From contig CM082583.2 of assembly GCA_040954595.2 (NCBI GenBank), forward strand, positions 8,852,254 to 8,916,253: a DNA stretch of 64,000 nt, read 5' to 3'. The translations under genes and the position numbers were made by a program. Within the stretch, counting starts at the first letter, position 1, and every line of letters starts with the position of its first letter. Positions 43,154 to 55,400 of the stretch are shown here, piece by piece. This DNA is from Balanoglossus misakiensis (Eukaryota > Animalia > Hemichordata). A model generated the notes under the pieces. The model searched no databases. It had not been told where the DNA came from and worked only from the letters and a program-made list of their open reading frames with translations.

Positions 43154-46033
43154 ATGGCCGCCCCCATGGATGTCAACACTACGCCATCCGCTTTCGTCGT
43201 AGTCGGGAATATTCCTTCCAATTTCCATTCTGCAGACTTGAGGAACTATTTTTCTCAATTCGTAGAATCAAAGGGATTTGAATGTTTCCATTTTAAGCAC
43301 CGACCAGAAGTCAAAGATGAAATAACTGCGACACCCTCAGCCTCTGGCAGTGACGTGTTGACAGGTTCACCATACACTCAGAACAGGAAAGACAGACGTC
43401 CCAAAATAACTCGGAAAACACTGTGTTGTGTTGTCAAACTTAATAGTGTAAAAGCTGGGCAGTTTATGAAAATGTACCATGGAAAGTTGTGGGTCGAAAG
43501 AGATGGTTCAGCGATGGCCTGCAAATGTAGAATAACAAAGATTAAACTTCGAAATGACGTCGACGGTACGTATTTTCATGACTTGGGCAGAGGTTTGCTG
43601 CGAGTCCGTAGCCCTACCATTTCACCGTCTGTAGCTTGTTGGGAACAGCCTACAGACGGGGAAGTCGTGGGGCTACGGACCCGCAGCAAGGCAGTGGTTT
43701 GACAAAACTGATTCATAACAAGATAATTCCTTTGTACATGTATATTCAATACACGACTGATGTGTAAACAACTTAGCATAGAGTATATAGTAATTAACCC
43801 TTTTACCTCCATGGTTAACCTTTGGTGAACATGCATCATTCATCAGACGCCATATTCTTCTGGACATATTCTTTTTATCCTTCAGTTCACATTTGCTGGC
43901 GTACAGCCTGAACTAGTTTGACTAGGTATACAAATGATTGTTCACTTTTCCCCTCTTATTTGCATACCAGGGAGTGGAAATACGACGTACAAAACCAGGA
44001 AGGAAAAACAGCTTATACCAGACGACAGAGAAACTTTTACAGCAAACGACCTACTCGGTCTCTCAGAGTTGTCCCCACCTTCTGTTATGCCTAACGGTAA
44101 TGTGGGAACCCCCACGTCCTTCTTCATGAAGTTGATCAGATCATGCCAAATGCCGCCTTCAATTATCAAGAAACTAGGATTGGTGTTTCCGAAGTCTAGG
44201 TCCACGAGGAGATATGGGAATGTGCCGTTCTCGTACGGGGGAGAGGTGCATCTTGGAGGGGAGATAGAAAGCGTGTATGGTGTGGACAGTGAGGAAGTGA
44301 GAGACCCTGAATGTGAAGGGAAATCATCTACAGAGCATTCAGGTGATTCTCCCCATGAAGGAAACATTGCAAACTCCAGGAAATCAAAGGACTATGAAAA
44401 TGTGAACAAACACTCCAGGCTTCTGAAGAAGAAAAAGAGTAAAGATGTGAACCATGATAAGGACTTGGAACCAGAGAAGGTACATGCACATTATCAGAAT
44501 AAGTGGTTATCAAAAAATGGTTATGCACCTAGATTTAAATCTAAACACAGAACCGTATTTTCATTGCAGGATGATGATGACGATGACGATGATGATACGT
44601 GTGAAGATTGGGAACGGCATGAAGCATTGCATGACGATGTAACAGAACAAGGTCGGATTAAGGAGCGACTGTATGAAGAGGAAATTGAACTCAAGTGGGA
44701 GAAAGGCGGATCAGGATTGGTCTTTTACACAGATGCTAATTACTGGGATGAACAAGAGGGAGGTATGTCGTAGAGTTAGATCATTTCACCCAAAAGGTTT
44801 CATGTGAATACCATGGTAATGGTAATTGGTAACACTTGGAGAAATTAATGCCAATTGGATGTTGTCATTTATAAAGATGGACATATATTGATCCAACATA
44901 ACCCTTAAAAACCAAATGACCCAATCCATACGAAGTGTTGCACTAATGAATACAGCCATGCTCTTGACTGCACAGAGAAACAATAACGTTTGATTGATAT
45001 TTCAGATTTTGACGAACGTACAGCGGATGATTGGGATGTCGACATGAGCATTTACTATGATCCAGGTAATATATGCAGCTTTGTATTTTTTCTTCCCTTC
45101 TGTGTGCCTGAGCTTTAGTTGGCTGTTTCTTAAGGGAGATATCAACCATTTATTTTTCTTTTATTTTTTCGCATCAACTTACTTTACTATTATTGTGTAG
45201 ATGGAGGGGATAAAGACGCAAGAGATCTGATGCAGATGAGACTTGAAGAGCAGCGGAGGGCAGGGGCTGAAGATTGTGTGCATCCGAACAGAATTGGACA
45301 TTTTGAATCACACACAAAGGTAAGATTACGTTCACCTGTATACACAACTCAAGCTGTGTTGCTTTTGCATGTGTGTCAGATAATTCAGAAAATACGGGTA
45401 CACCCCCAGCAAGATTATGTTGCTACACTTTGTACATTTGTTTCTGATTATCGCTTGTGACTTTCTCACTAACCCAGGGGATTGGTCGAAAAGTTCTAGA
45501 GAAACAGGGATGGACTGACGGTGAGGGACTTGGCAGTAGCGTGATAGGACTGGCAGAAGCCCTGACAAATGAAGGTCAAAATCCACGCCAAAGGATGGGA
45601 TTTGGGTGAGTGTTTCTCATATGTGTGTGTGTCTACCTGTTTGTGTGTGTATCTACCTGCTTGTGTGTACTAACAGCACATTGCCGTGTATGGGTGTTCT
45701 TATGATCAGAAAATTTAAAGTTAAATTTGCAATTGTTCTCACGTCAAGAAAATCATCACTTTTTGTGGTAATCATTATCCCTGGGCCACTTTCAAGTCAG
45801 AATCATACATTAAGTCCATGTATCTCATTCTGTCTACTCGTAGTTACTACGGAGAGAAACTCAACAGAAATGTCAAAAGGAAGAAGCTGGAAAGGGGAAT
45901 CATTTCCACAATTTACGATGAACCGGACGAAATGGCACCCACAGAACCAGTCTTCCGTTCGCAACATCCATGGACTCTCAAGTACAGGCCGAACATTCAG
46001 TTCATGAAGGCGCGTGATACAGATGACAGCTGA
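43154..46033 (+). CDS. GPATCH3: G-patch domain-containing protein 3, 7 exons
   Basis: NIPSNFHSADLRNYFSQFVE..FECFHFKHRPE; LSPPSVMPNGNVGTP; EDWERHEALHDDV..ERLYEEEIELKWEKGGSGLVFYTDA; G-patch TKGIGRKVLEKQGWTDGEGLG. Exons approximately 43154-43565, 43971-44479, 44570-44762, 45007-45065, 45201-45319, 45477-45605, 45844-46033. Confidence 0.95.
43595..43689. mobile_element. Palindromic MITE with 9-bp TSD (Mutator-like) in GPATCH3 intron 1
   Basis: Almost entirely a hairpin, TTGCTGCGAGTCCGTAGCCCTACC...GTGGGGCTACGGACCCGCAGCAA. Flanks GGCAGAGGT / GGCAGTGGT (1 mismatch). Confidence 0.8.
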
Positions 46034-46767
46034 CACCGTTGGCAACATATCATAACCAATGCTAAAATTGAGTTCTGCTAGGGGATGCAAATAGCAGTAC
46101 ATGAGTCAGACAGCCACAACATATACTTCAGTGTCAATCGGAACAGATCTTTTATTTACAATTGGTCGCACGAGGGCGCTGTCACACTTGTGAGACCCAT
46201 CTTAGATCCTCGCCGCAAGAAGTACAGCAGAGTATTGGCACTTTGCAAAAAGGCCATGGACAAGAGTACCAAGTGACAAAGTTTCTGTCTAAACTTAAAG
46301 CTGATGAGATAAAAATCCCAAATACGTTGTGTCTCAATGCACATCAAAGCAAACAGTGTAAATGGCTTGTTAGTAGACCCTGGAAATTCCTAGCATACTG
46401 AACTCAAAATATACCAATGAGAAACATCACGCCAGCTGTCAATGTTTAAAAGATTACAGACTCCACATGGTGAATGAAAATGCTGTGTCTCCAAAACTCA
46501 CAAAAGGGGTACATTACAATTCTATATGGTACATCCACTGTATTCAGTAATAAATTGATGAAGATAATCTAGTTCTATTTTTTTTATATAATATTAAACT
46601 CTACCATTGTACAAGCAATTATTCCAAGTCTCCTGGGACATTGTCACATTACATTGAAACACAACTTTGAAATCTGTGCCACAAATTTGAGGTTTCATGA
46701 CGTTTTGACAAAAATACCAATGCACTCCAGAAAGCTTTGAGGGACATAGGGCGACTCAGTGACACAT

Positions 46768-48744
46768 TTACTTGTTAGGTTCATGTTCCACCTGGTGGTG
46801 GCATGTGCTACACTCGGTAAGCAGGTGTTCACACGACCCTTCGTCTATTTCTATGTAGCGTTTCTCCTCCCGACTGAAGAGGTAGACATCGCCGGTGTAG
46901 ACGTCGAACCACATTGCATGAAGGTGTACTTGGTCACTTTCCAGGTGATCCTTCAGAAAACCATACGAACTGATGTTTTGAAGCTGTTGCAGACAGTTCA
47001 CCTGGGAGAGGAAACAAAAACATTTTTTTTTTATATATGAATTTTCAAAGTAGCTGAATTCCTTCCGTCTTATTGGTCAATTCATAAAAGCTTCATTGAC
47101 CCAGTCAGCTGACTCACCTGTGAAAGTTTGTCTCTTATACTAAATTTGTTCTCCGGATCAATAAAAGCCTCAAAATTATGCTTAGGAGTCTCTCCTTGGA
47201 ATTTCAGAGGCCCCTTCACACCCAGCTCAAGCGGTTCGAATTTGGTAAGACTGGCGTTGCCGAATCGTCTCAGCCATGCTGCAAATGGCTCCCTCTCTCT
47301 GTCCAAAAATGGTCTGTCTTTCAGATCATACAGAGCATTCATTGCCTGTGAAGATGTGAATGTGAAAAGGAGAAAAAAAGAAAATACAAACACTGATTGT
47401 GAAAGTTCAGGTAGACATTTAAAAAAAATAATTATGTACATAATCAGAACTTTCAATCCTAAAATATGAAAGATTGTGATTTTCAAAATGATAGCCCAAA
47501 ACTTGATGGAAAATAATGTAAAAAGTTAGTACGTTGTACTGTCAATGGTGCATGTTGAATGTAGCAGCAATGTCTGGCAATGTCAATGAATGGACACTAA
47601 AGTACATTCGTGAGACAAGATTATCAATACTGGTACCTTACAATCAGAGTGACCACACACAATTATATGCTGAATATCATTGATAACACAGGCCAGTTCC
47701 AGAGCTGCTGGTTCCGTGTTCAAGCCCTCGCTTCCAAACAGAGTTGAGTGTGGAATGAGGTTCCCTGCGTTCCTCACAAAAAACATGTCCCCTACATTGG
47801 TCTGGCAAAACCTGGTTGGCAACATTCTACTGTCCATACAGGTGAACATGATGGCTGTTGGCTGTAAAAAAATTAAAAGTAAGATTTATACTTATAATGG
47901 CAGATTAAATCCTAAGGGACATATAGCAACCACCAGTGCGAGTGAATATTTGTGACAAGTTATATCTTTCTAGGAATTCTCCCCGACCAAGAATCTTTAA
48001 TTTTGGTAAACTAAGAGAAATTATTACGCCTCACGCTGTATTCCATACTCTTGATTGGCTGAGACCTAACCATATGACATAGGTAAAAACAACGTGATAT
48101 TATATGGTTGCCATGGAGTCTATGGCCCAAATGAAATGGAATCTCCCAACTACCAGAGCATTTGACCCAGCATTGACCCACAAGTCACAGTTGGAGTGAC
48201 CTCATGTGACCCTTGGCCGCGTCTTAAAAATCATGCTATTTTTTTTACAGTTGCTCGGACACCTGACGATGAAACATGGATTTTTTAATACTGATACACA
48301 TGTCTTCTGCAACTCCATGAGGGTTGTATTAAGTTCGTAATAAAAAGTTGCAGCGAGTCCGTACCCCACTTCCCAACAACCTACACTCCACGCGGTGAAG
48401 TGCCAGTGGTGAGTGATGGGCTCGCAGCAAAAGGTATCAGGTAAGTCAAGCCACCATCACCATAGCAATCAGCAGCTGGGTGTAATATAGAAATACTTGA
48501 GAAAAAACTCGAGCATGATCAAGGATGTAGCCATAGACACTAGACATGCGTGACCTTCACAGCTTGGTGATGAAAACGATCGTGAAATATGTCATGGTCA
48601 ACGTGCTTGTCAGTGAACTGAAACCCGTACCGACTGTCTTACCTCGGGATTGTCTTTCACTTTTTTGAATTGGGGAACAAGGTCCTTTTTCACGGAACTC
48701 CGATATCGCAGAACCCCTCTCAACAGTTTTTCCATTCCAGGCAT
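46768..48744 (-). CDS. Beta-class carbonic anhydrase, 4 exons
   Basis: Exons 48744-48643, 47861-47637, 47345-47118, 47001-46768. MEKLLRGVLRYR start; zinc ligands FTCMDSR (CxDxR) and VCGHSDC (HxxC); VRNAGN; DKLSQVNCLQQLQNI; HAMWFDVYTG. Confidence 0.95.
48348..48430. mobile_element. Degenerate copy of the TTGCTGCGAG-TIR MITE in beta-CA intron 1
   Basis: TTGCAGCGAGTCCGTACCCCACTTCCC...GGGCTCGCAGCAA. No TSD is recognisable. Confidence 0.6.
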
Positions 48745-49438
48745 TTTGATAATGTTCTATGCGGGGCAAGATTTTAGCTAGTGTGGTGCAGTGCAGTGTC
48801 ACGTCTCAATCGAGCCTGGGAACAGCAGCTGATTGAATGACTAGCGCAAGCACATGAGAGCTCAACGCTGGTTGGCCATTACTGGCAATTGGCTCTCTTG
48901 TATCGTATCTGAAAGGTGATTGGTCTACGTCTATGCACAGTGTCAGTGACCATGGACCATGACCATTAAATTGTAAAGTAACAGACAGCTCAATATGTAT
49001 AACATTTGCGAGCAGAAACTGATGAAACCAAGAGGGCATAGTACAATAATTGACAGAAACATGATAACCAGCATCTCTTGTATAATATGTTTATATACAC
49101 CATAATAGTATATCCAATGTGTAAAAAATAGCAGCCGTGCAATTTTAGGTTTTACAGTACTTTTTATTGGCAATAATTCCCAAGGTATTCCTGGGAAAAC
49201 AATTGTAAAATATTATAAGATGGAAATAAACACTATAAACCATAAGAACAAACACGTACATATTACATATATTAAAAACGTATCTTAAAATGTGTATTGT
49301 TTAAATATATATGTTTCTTACTTTTATCTTAAATAATATGATTAATCATGGTATTTTTCTTATATGCAGCACGCAGACAAGACCGATGGTGAATTACTAG
49401 CATGAAAAAAATGACAAAAGTTACTTTCTAAACAAGAA

Positions 49439-52400
49439 ATGGAAGCCATCAAGCTAGCATACAAGAAGACGGCTACTTTGCTGGAATATATCCAGTCGCT
49501 TGTCGGAAACCGGAAAATACAGCCTCTCATCCAAGAAAACGATAAGCCAATGTATTTATTGTCCACTTTATATATATGATGTCAGTCTATGTATTGTGCA
49601 TTAAATATTATACCTTCACAGAGATTTCAAAGAAAGTGATTTCTATGGTTGTGGAACATCACTTTCCTGGTTAAATGAGCCTTGAAGTGACTACAATTAT
49701 GGAAAATTATCCATATCACAATTTCATGATAGGCAGTTTACATTCTGTGCGATATTTTCATGTCCTGGCTTTTCGGGATGAGGTTGCATGACCACACAAG
49801 AAACAAGCTGGACAGCCAATGAGATCATCAATAATGAGCACAACGCATTTTGTTGTTTTTATGATACAGATACAAACGCATACTGGAAACGACTATCGTT
49901 GGTGTGAACAAGGAATGCACAACTCAGCTGTCGTTGGAGCAGGTCTCGTATCAAAGTGATATCGTTGAGCGGGCAACTGAGGTGTGTGTATATGTGTGCC
50001 GATCTAGTCAAACTGTAGATCTGTGTTATCCTGTAGAATTGATGTGAGAGACAGGAGCATTTATTAGAGTCTTGGAGGGTAGAAGGCATGTCAGTGTTAA
50101 TTCTTTCAAGAAAATGTTTGAAACCCAGCTGTCTAACATGTAGCCTGCATACAGCAGGCTAAACCTGGGTGTGTTGATACCATGTGCGAATTGTTACAAA
50201 TACCAAGCTTCTGCAGTTTTTATGTTTGTTTAACAGATACATGTATTGTTCTTTTTTCTTCTTCAGTACATATTTGAAAAGGACGAATGGAGAAATATTT
50301 TCATTTTTGGCTTAAAAAGCGTACGTATGTTCAATTTGTTATTAGCGAATGCGATACATTATGAGTGTGTATGTAGTAATGCTGTGACACTAAAAGGAAA
50401 GTTTTGAAATCTCACCAGTGACAGAGACAATAAGAAGTGAGCAATTTTTCTCTTTATATCCATGCACATCATAGGTGCGCAAAGATACAGATGGATGTGG
50501 GGGGTTTTCGGCAAGGAGAGATATTGAAGAGTCCCAGCTCGGGCGTGGCAGCAGTAGATTCCGGCAAAAGACATGGAAAACACTGCTAGAAAGGTGAGTC
50601 ACACAAGGACTGAGGGGAGAGGTTAAAAAACCTCCAGTTTTGCTTGCACAAAGTGTCAATACAAAAAAGTTGTTTTTGTTTATTATTAAATTTGCTTCGT
50701 TTTTCAGGGTTGGTGATGACATCATGTTTCACTTACTGGTCAGTACCAGCATGTTCTTCTTTGTAGAACCGGACTGTTATGTACAAGTCTCAGGTACTGT
50801 ATTTACCTTGCCATTACACGTAGTAAATTTTATAGTGAGGTATATTAAATCGTTTGATGAGAAAGCCTTTATCCTTCGTCCAGACTTTCTTTTTACAAAA
50901 TGTTGCTTCACTGCTTTTCCTGCTCTTGAAGGCAGGTGGACACTCTTGTTGTTGTCTGGGGCAATTTCCAATATTCTCGGTACAGTTGCCCTTAAACACA
51001 TAATATTTCTCTATGTTTATTTTGTGTATGTAAACATACAGGTGTGCCACTTTGTAACCAAGGTGTTGCCAGTCTAAAGAAATCAAGACAAAATGATAAG
51101 GGCAAGAGAAAAGCTAGCACAGAAATAAATGAAATGCCCAGGAAGAAGAGACGACTGCAGTCTATTGATGGGAGTGAAAGAATGAAAAACAAAAAGAGAA
51201 TAAGATGTGATGATGATGATGATGATGATGTCAAAACGACAAAGAGACAGAAGGTGACTGCAGTGGTAGATGGTAGTGCAGCAAGGGTTGATGGGTGCGG
51301 TGATGGCGATGATGATGATGGAGTCATAGCAACCGAGACACAGAAGGAGACTCCAGCAGTAGAGGTTAGTGCAGCAAGGGTTGATGGACGCAGTGATGGT
51401 GATGATGAGTTAGCCAGACAGGTGTCGAGAAGCCAGAAAAGCAAGGAATTAACACCAGAGCAGAATCAAGACGCACTCACTTCAGACAGTCAGCGACCAG
51501 GTCCTGGAGGCAACGAGATCACTGTGCGTGGAGTCAAAGACAACAAGAGAAAGCGAAAAAACAGAAGGAGAAAAAAGAAACAAGCACAAACTGTAAACAC
51601 ATCTTCAAAACTGAAACATACGGCCAAAGGTAGAGGAATAGTAGAAGGGAAAAACAGACGCCGTAAACTCAAGAGAGAAAAGAAGTCTAAATCAGTGAAG
51701 AGGATGTTCACAGTAGACGAAAGGTTGGTTTTTTTATGAGGTAGCTCATGACGGTGTTTAACGAAACATTTCTACCTGTTCATGGAGTTTCTCTGTCCTA
51801 TATGTGTCATACTAGAGATTTTACCAATTCTACTTTTATACTTGTTGGTGGCTCCACATTATAAATATTTTATATGATTTTTCAACAGTGAATTGATACC
51901 AAGGGATTTTATACTCTATAGTAAATGTTACAAAGAGATGCTGCTGAAATCATGTGAGTGAGTTTGCTACGAATAGTGAAAATTTCATTTTATCACATGT
52001 AACCCGTCTCATCCGTGTTTGAAAATTCATTCCATTATTAAATTATTGTATTCTTCCAACAGTTGATTTAAATGCATGCAAAGCCAGCAATAAGGGTGCT
52101 GTGAAACTGCTACAGAAAATTTTCCCAGAAATCAAGGAGAAAATGAAAAAAACATCTAGTAAAAAAGTGAGTACTTCATAAAGATAGCACAGATTGAAGG
52201 CCATTTTTAAATAAATTTGAGACAATTTTGCTCTGTCATTAAAATATTGCTTATGTTCAGTATGCTTTCAACTTCTCATGACTTGAAAATCTCAGCTTTC
52301 CTTTGAAATTTGTATATTTTATTCTACAGGTACAGAGATTGCCAGGATATTTAATTGGAATCAAGAATGTATTGGTTAAACTACTGAAGAACCATAGGTA

Positions 52401-55400
52401 AGATTGCGAACTATGTCCTTAGATTTGACAAAGCATTTGCCACAAATTTAAAGTACCATTGTCATTCTTAGCCACACCAAAATAGATGTTCTGATGAAGT
52501 GATTTCACAGGTTTGATTTAAGGAATCTAAGTTACCCCCCCCCCCCTTTTTTTTGTCAAGAAAATGCAGATACGACATCCTGGTGCATCACTACTGCCCT
52601 GTTAGGCGATCTGGTAAACGGTCAAAAGGTGGAGACATCGGCAGTTGGGCTCCAGATGCAGAAAGAGACCCAGGTGAGACAGTACCGGTACAATCAGTTT
52701 AAATTTACATTTTGGTGGTCCCTGCACGGCTAGTAGCAAGATAAGTTAAAAAAAACGTCATGTGCTTTATATTTCCACTCTTCAGTTCTAGTTCAGAAAG
52801 ATGAAGTTCCAGTTCAGAAAGACAAAGTTCAAGTTCAGAAAGACGAGGTTCAAGTTCAGACAGTTGAAGTTCGAGTTCAGAAAAACAAAGCACATGTACC
52901 AGTTAAGAAAGACCGGGTTACAGTTAAGAAAGACAAAGTTTCCAGTCCTCCAAGCACTGAAGCTCTGCTGAGCCAGTACAGCAACACTGTCGACGTATAT
53001 CGCTTTGTCAGAGCGGTCTGTCATCGTGTTGTGCCAACCAAGCTGTGGGGATCCAGTCACAACAGGCAGCAATTCCTAAAAAGTAATTATAATTAATTCC
53101 ACTCAATGCAACACTTAATGGACCCGTATCAGTTTCTCTTCCTATATGTTCCAGTCTTCCTAGGACAACACCAAGATACTTTGCTCAGTGTTTTTAGTGC
53201 TCAGTAGTCAAAAACTTAGAAGAGTGTCTATTCCCTTGTTGGACTTAATATTGACCCTGATTTCTGTTATGACATCACATATTGTAGATGTGTTCCAGTG
53301 TCTGAAGCTGGGAAGGTATGAGAAGTATACTCTGAAGCAGCTGATGTTCGGAATAAAGGTAAATAACAGGACACTTTCTTTTTATTGACCCCTGTGTATA
53401 AACTTAAATCCTGGTCTTCTCTATGTGTAACATCACAACTCTGTCTTGTTCAGGTGTCAGACTGCCAATGGCTATCCAATAATTGCACTGGACACCCCAG
53501 CACCGAAGAGTCAATGAGAAACAGGGTCATCCTACATAGGATATTAAGATGGTTGATGGTCAAAGTCATCATGGTTGTTGTCAAGGTAACATACGATACA
53601 TTGAGGGATGCATGGATTGATTTTCCTTTCACAACCCCCTCCCACTCCTCACTACATACTCTACACTGGTTAGTTTTGTCAATTTTTCCTTCATGCTTGG
53701 AATGCACAAGCTGCTACCATCATTCTCTGTGACCTCTTATAACTCTTGTTTTCTCCCCGACTTCTTGCAGGGAATGTTTTATGTCACCGAATCCACCGTG
53801 TACAGAAACCGCCTTTTCTACTTCCGGAAGGTCATCTGGAACAAATGCCGAGCTCTGGGTGTTGAGGGTATGTGTCAATCAAGTGCATGAATCAGTTTCA
53901 TTTCCAACACCAACATTATCCCCAGCAACTCATTTCATATTCACTCTCATTTGAACCAGAATACCTTCGGAAGGGCATACTGAAACAGCTACCTGCAAAA
54001 GTAGCCAAGGAAAAATTGAAGAGAATGAAGAAGACTCCTTGCAACTTGAAGTTTTTGCCAAAGACGACGAGTTTGAGACCCATCATCACTAGACCTAGTG
54101 AAAAATCAAATATGCAGGTAACCTATCTATACCTATAGTATCATGAAAATGAAGTTTTAGAGTTTATGATTAGTACAAAAGTTTGTGGAAATGCGCTTCT
54201 TACTGTAAAACTGCCTCAGTTTTCTTACAAGAAAGTTTCTTTCTCCCTGTTTATGAAAATGGTATCTACAAGAGGATATAGATTGCACTTCAAACTGTAC
54301 AAGTTTTCAAGATAGAATCTCAATGTTACTAATGTAACTGTGTTTTGCTTTGTAGGCTAAAAACAACTTGTATGGGTTGTTACATGTCTTGTCTTACATC
54401 AAGGTAAGTAAAGATTTCTGTTTCTGTTTCCTTCAATCCCCACTACATTCCCTATAATGTTATGATATACTGGATGTAGACAACTTACATTGTGATCTTG
54501 TGTGTCTTTTTCACAGAATGTGAATCCACATCTGCTTGGTTCCTCATTGATGGGTGTGGATGAAATTTACGGAAGGTGGCTGAGGTTTGCAGTTCAATGT
54601 CGAGACAAAGGCCACGGGTGAGCTGATTGTTTTAGGAATCTTCTCTGTTTTCATCGATACTTTGGGCTTGTTTTTGAAAGGGTCTTATGCATGGCATGGG
54701 TGAACTAGAAGACTTGGTAGATGTCTTCTTCTAAATTATTTTTAGGAAATTGTACTTCGTGAAGTTGGACATTCAGAACTGCTTTGACACCATAAAGCAA
54801 GATAAACTGATGAAAGTCATGGATAATGTTCTTCAGCATGTGAGTATCTTTTCTTTAATTTAATTTTGGCGAGTAAAGACTCCAGCAGACAAAAAAGGCA
54901 CACAATTTTAGATCTGGCAGACTTTTGTCTGAGCTAAACCTGGTCCTTCCACCATGCAAAGCCTCACTATAAAGACCAATGATGTGAGAAAATGTGTATG
55001 GAGTTTTTTCGCAGAAAGAGTGAGGAGTCCTGCTCCACGTATGACACCCAGCATGCATCATCCCAAATGGTGGTTTGACTATGGAGTTTGTGGGGGTTTT
55101 TTTTTTTGCTTAGCTTGGTGACGAAAAGTACGTACTGAGATACTACTGGGTGGTTGGCAATCATCGTAACAATATCGTCAAACGTCTGAGATGGAGTATG
55201 ACTCCACTGGCGGATCTAATACCAGAGTTCGTCAAGTATATCGCCCATGAAAGACAGAATAGAAGCAGCTACAGCAAGAAAGTGGTGTTTGAGCTGGTAA
55301 GTTCACTCAAAGTCAAAGGGGGAATATCAGAATTTTTGTGATTTTCTCCATACACAAAAAACAGCTAAAATGACCACTTTTATTGTGAATCCGTAAACTT

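Noticed and set aside
45466-45474. CTAACCC as a possible telomerase RNA template near TERT
   Set aside because: It is the branch point/acceptor region of a GPATCH3 intron, with no extended CTAACCCTAA template or other TR features.
52705-53072. Minus-strand ORFs with LSELEL repeats resembling a leucine zipper
   Set aside because: Antisense reading of the TERT 21-bp coding repeat. The plus frame continues into the conserved QFP motif.
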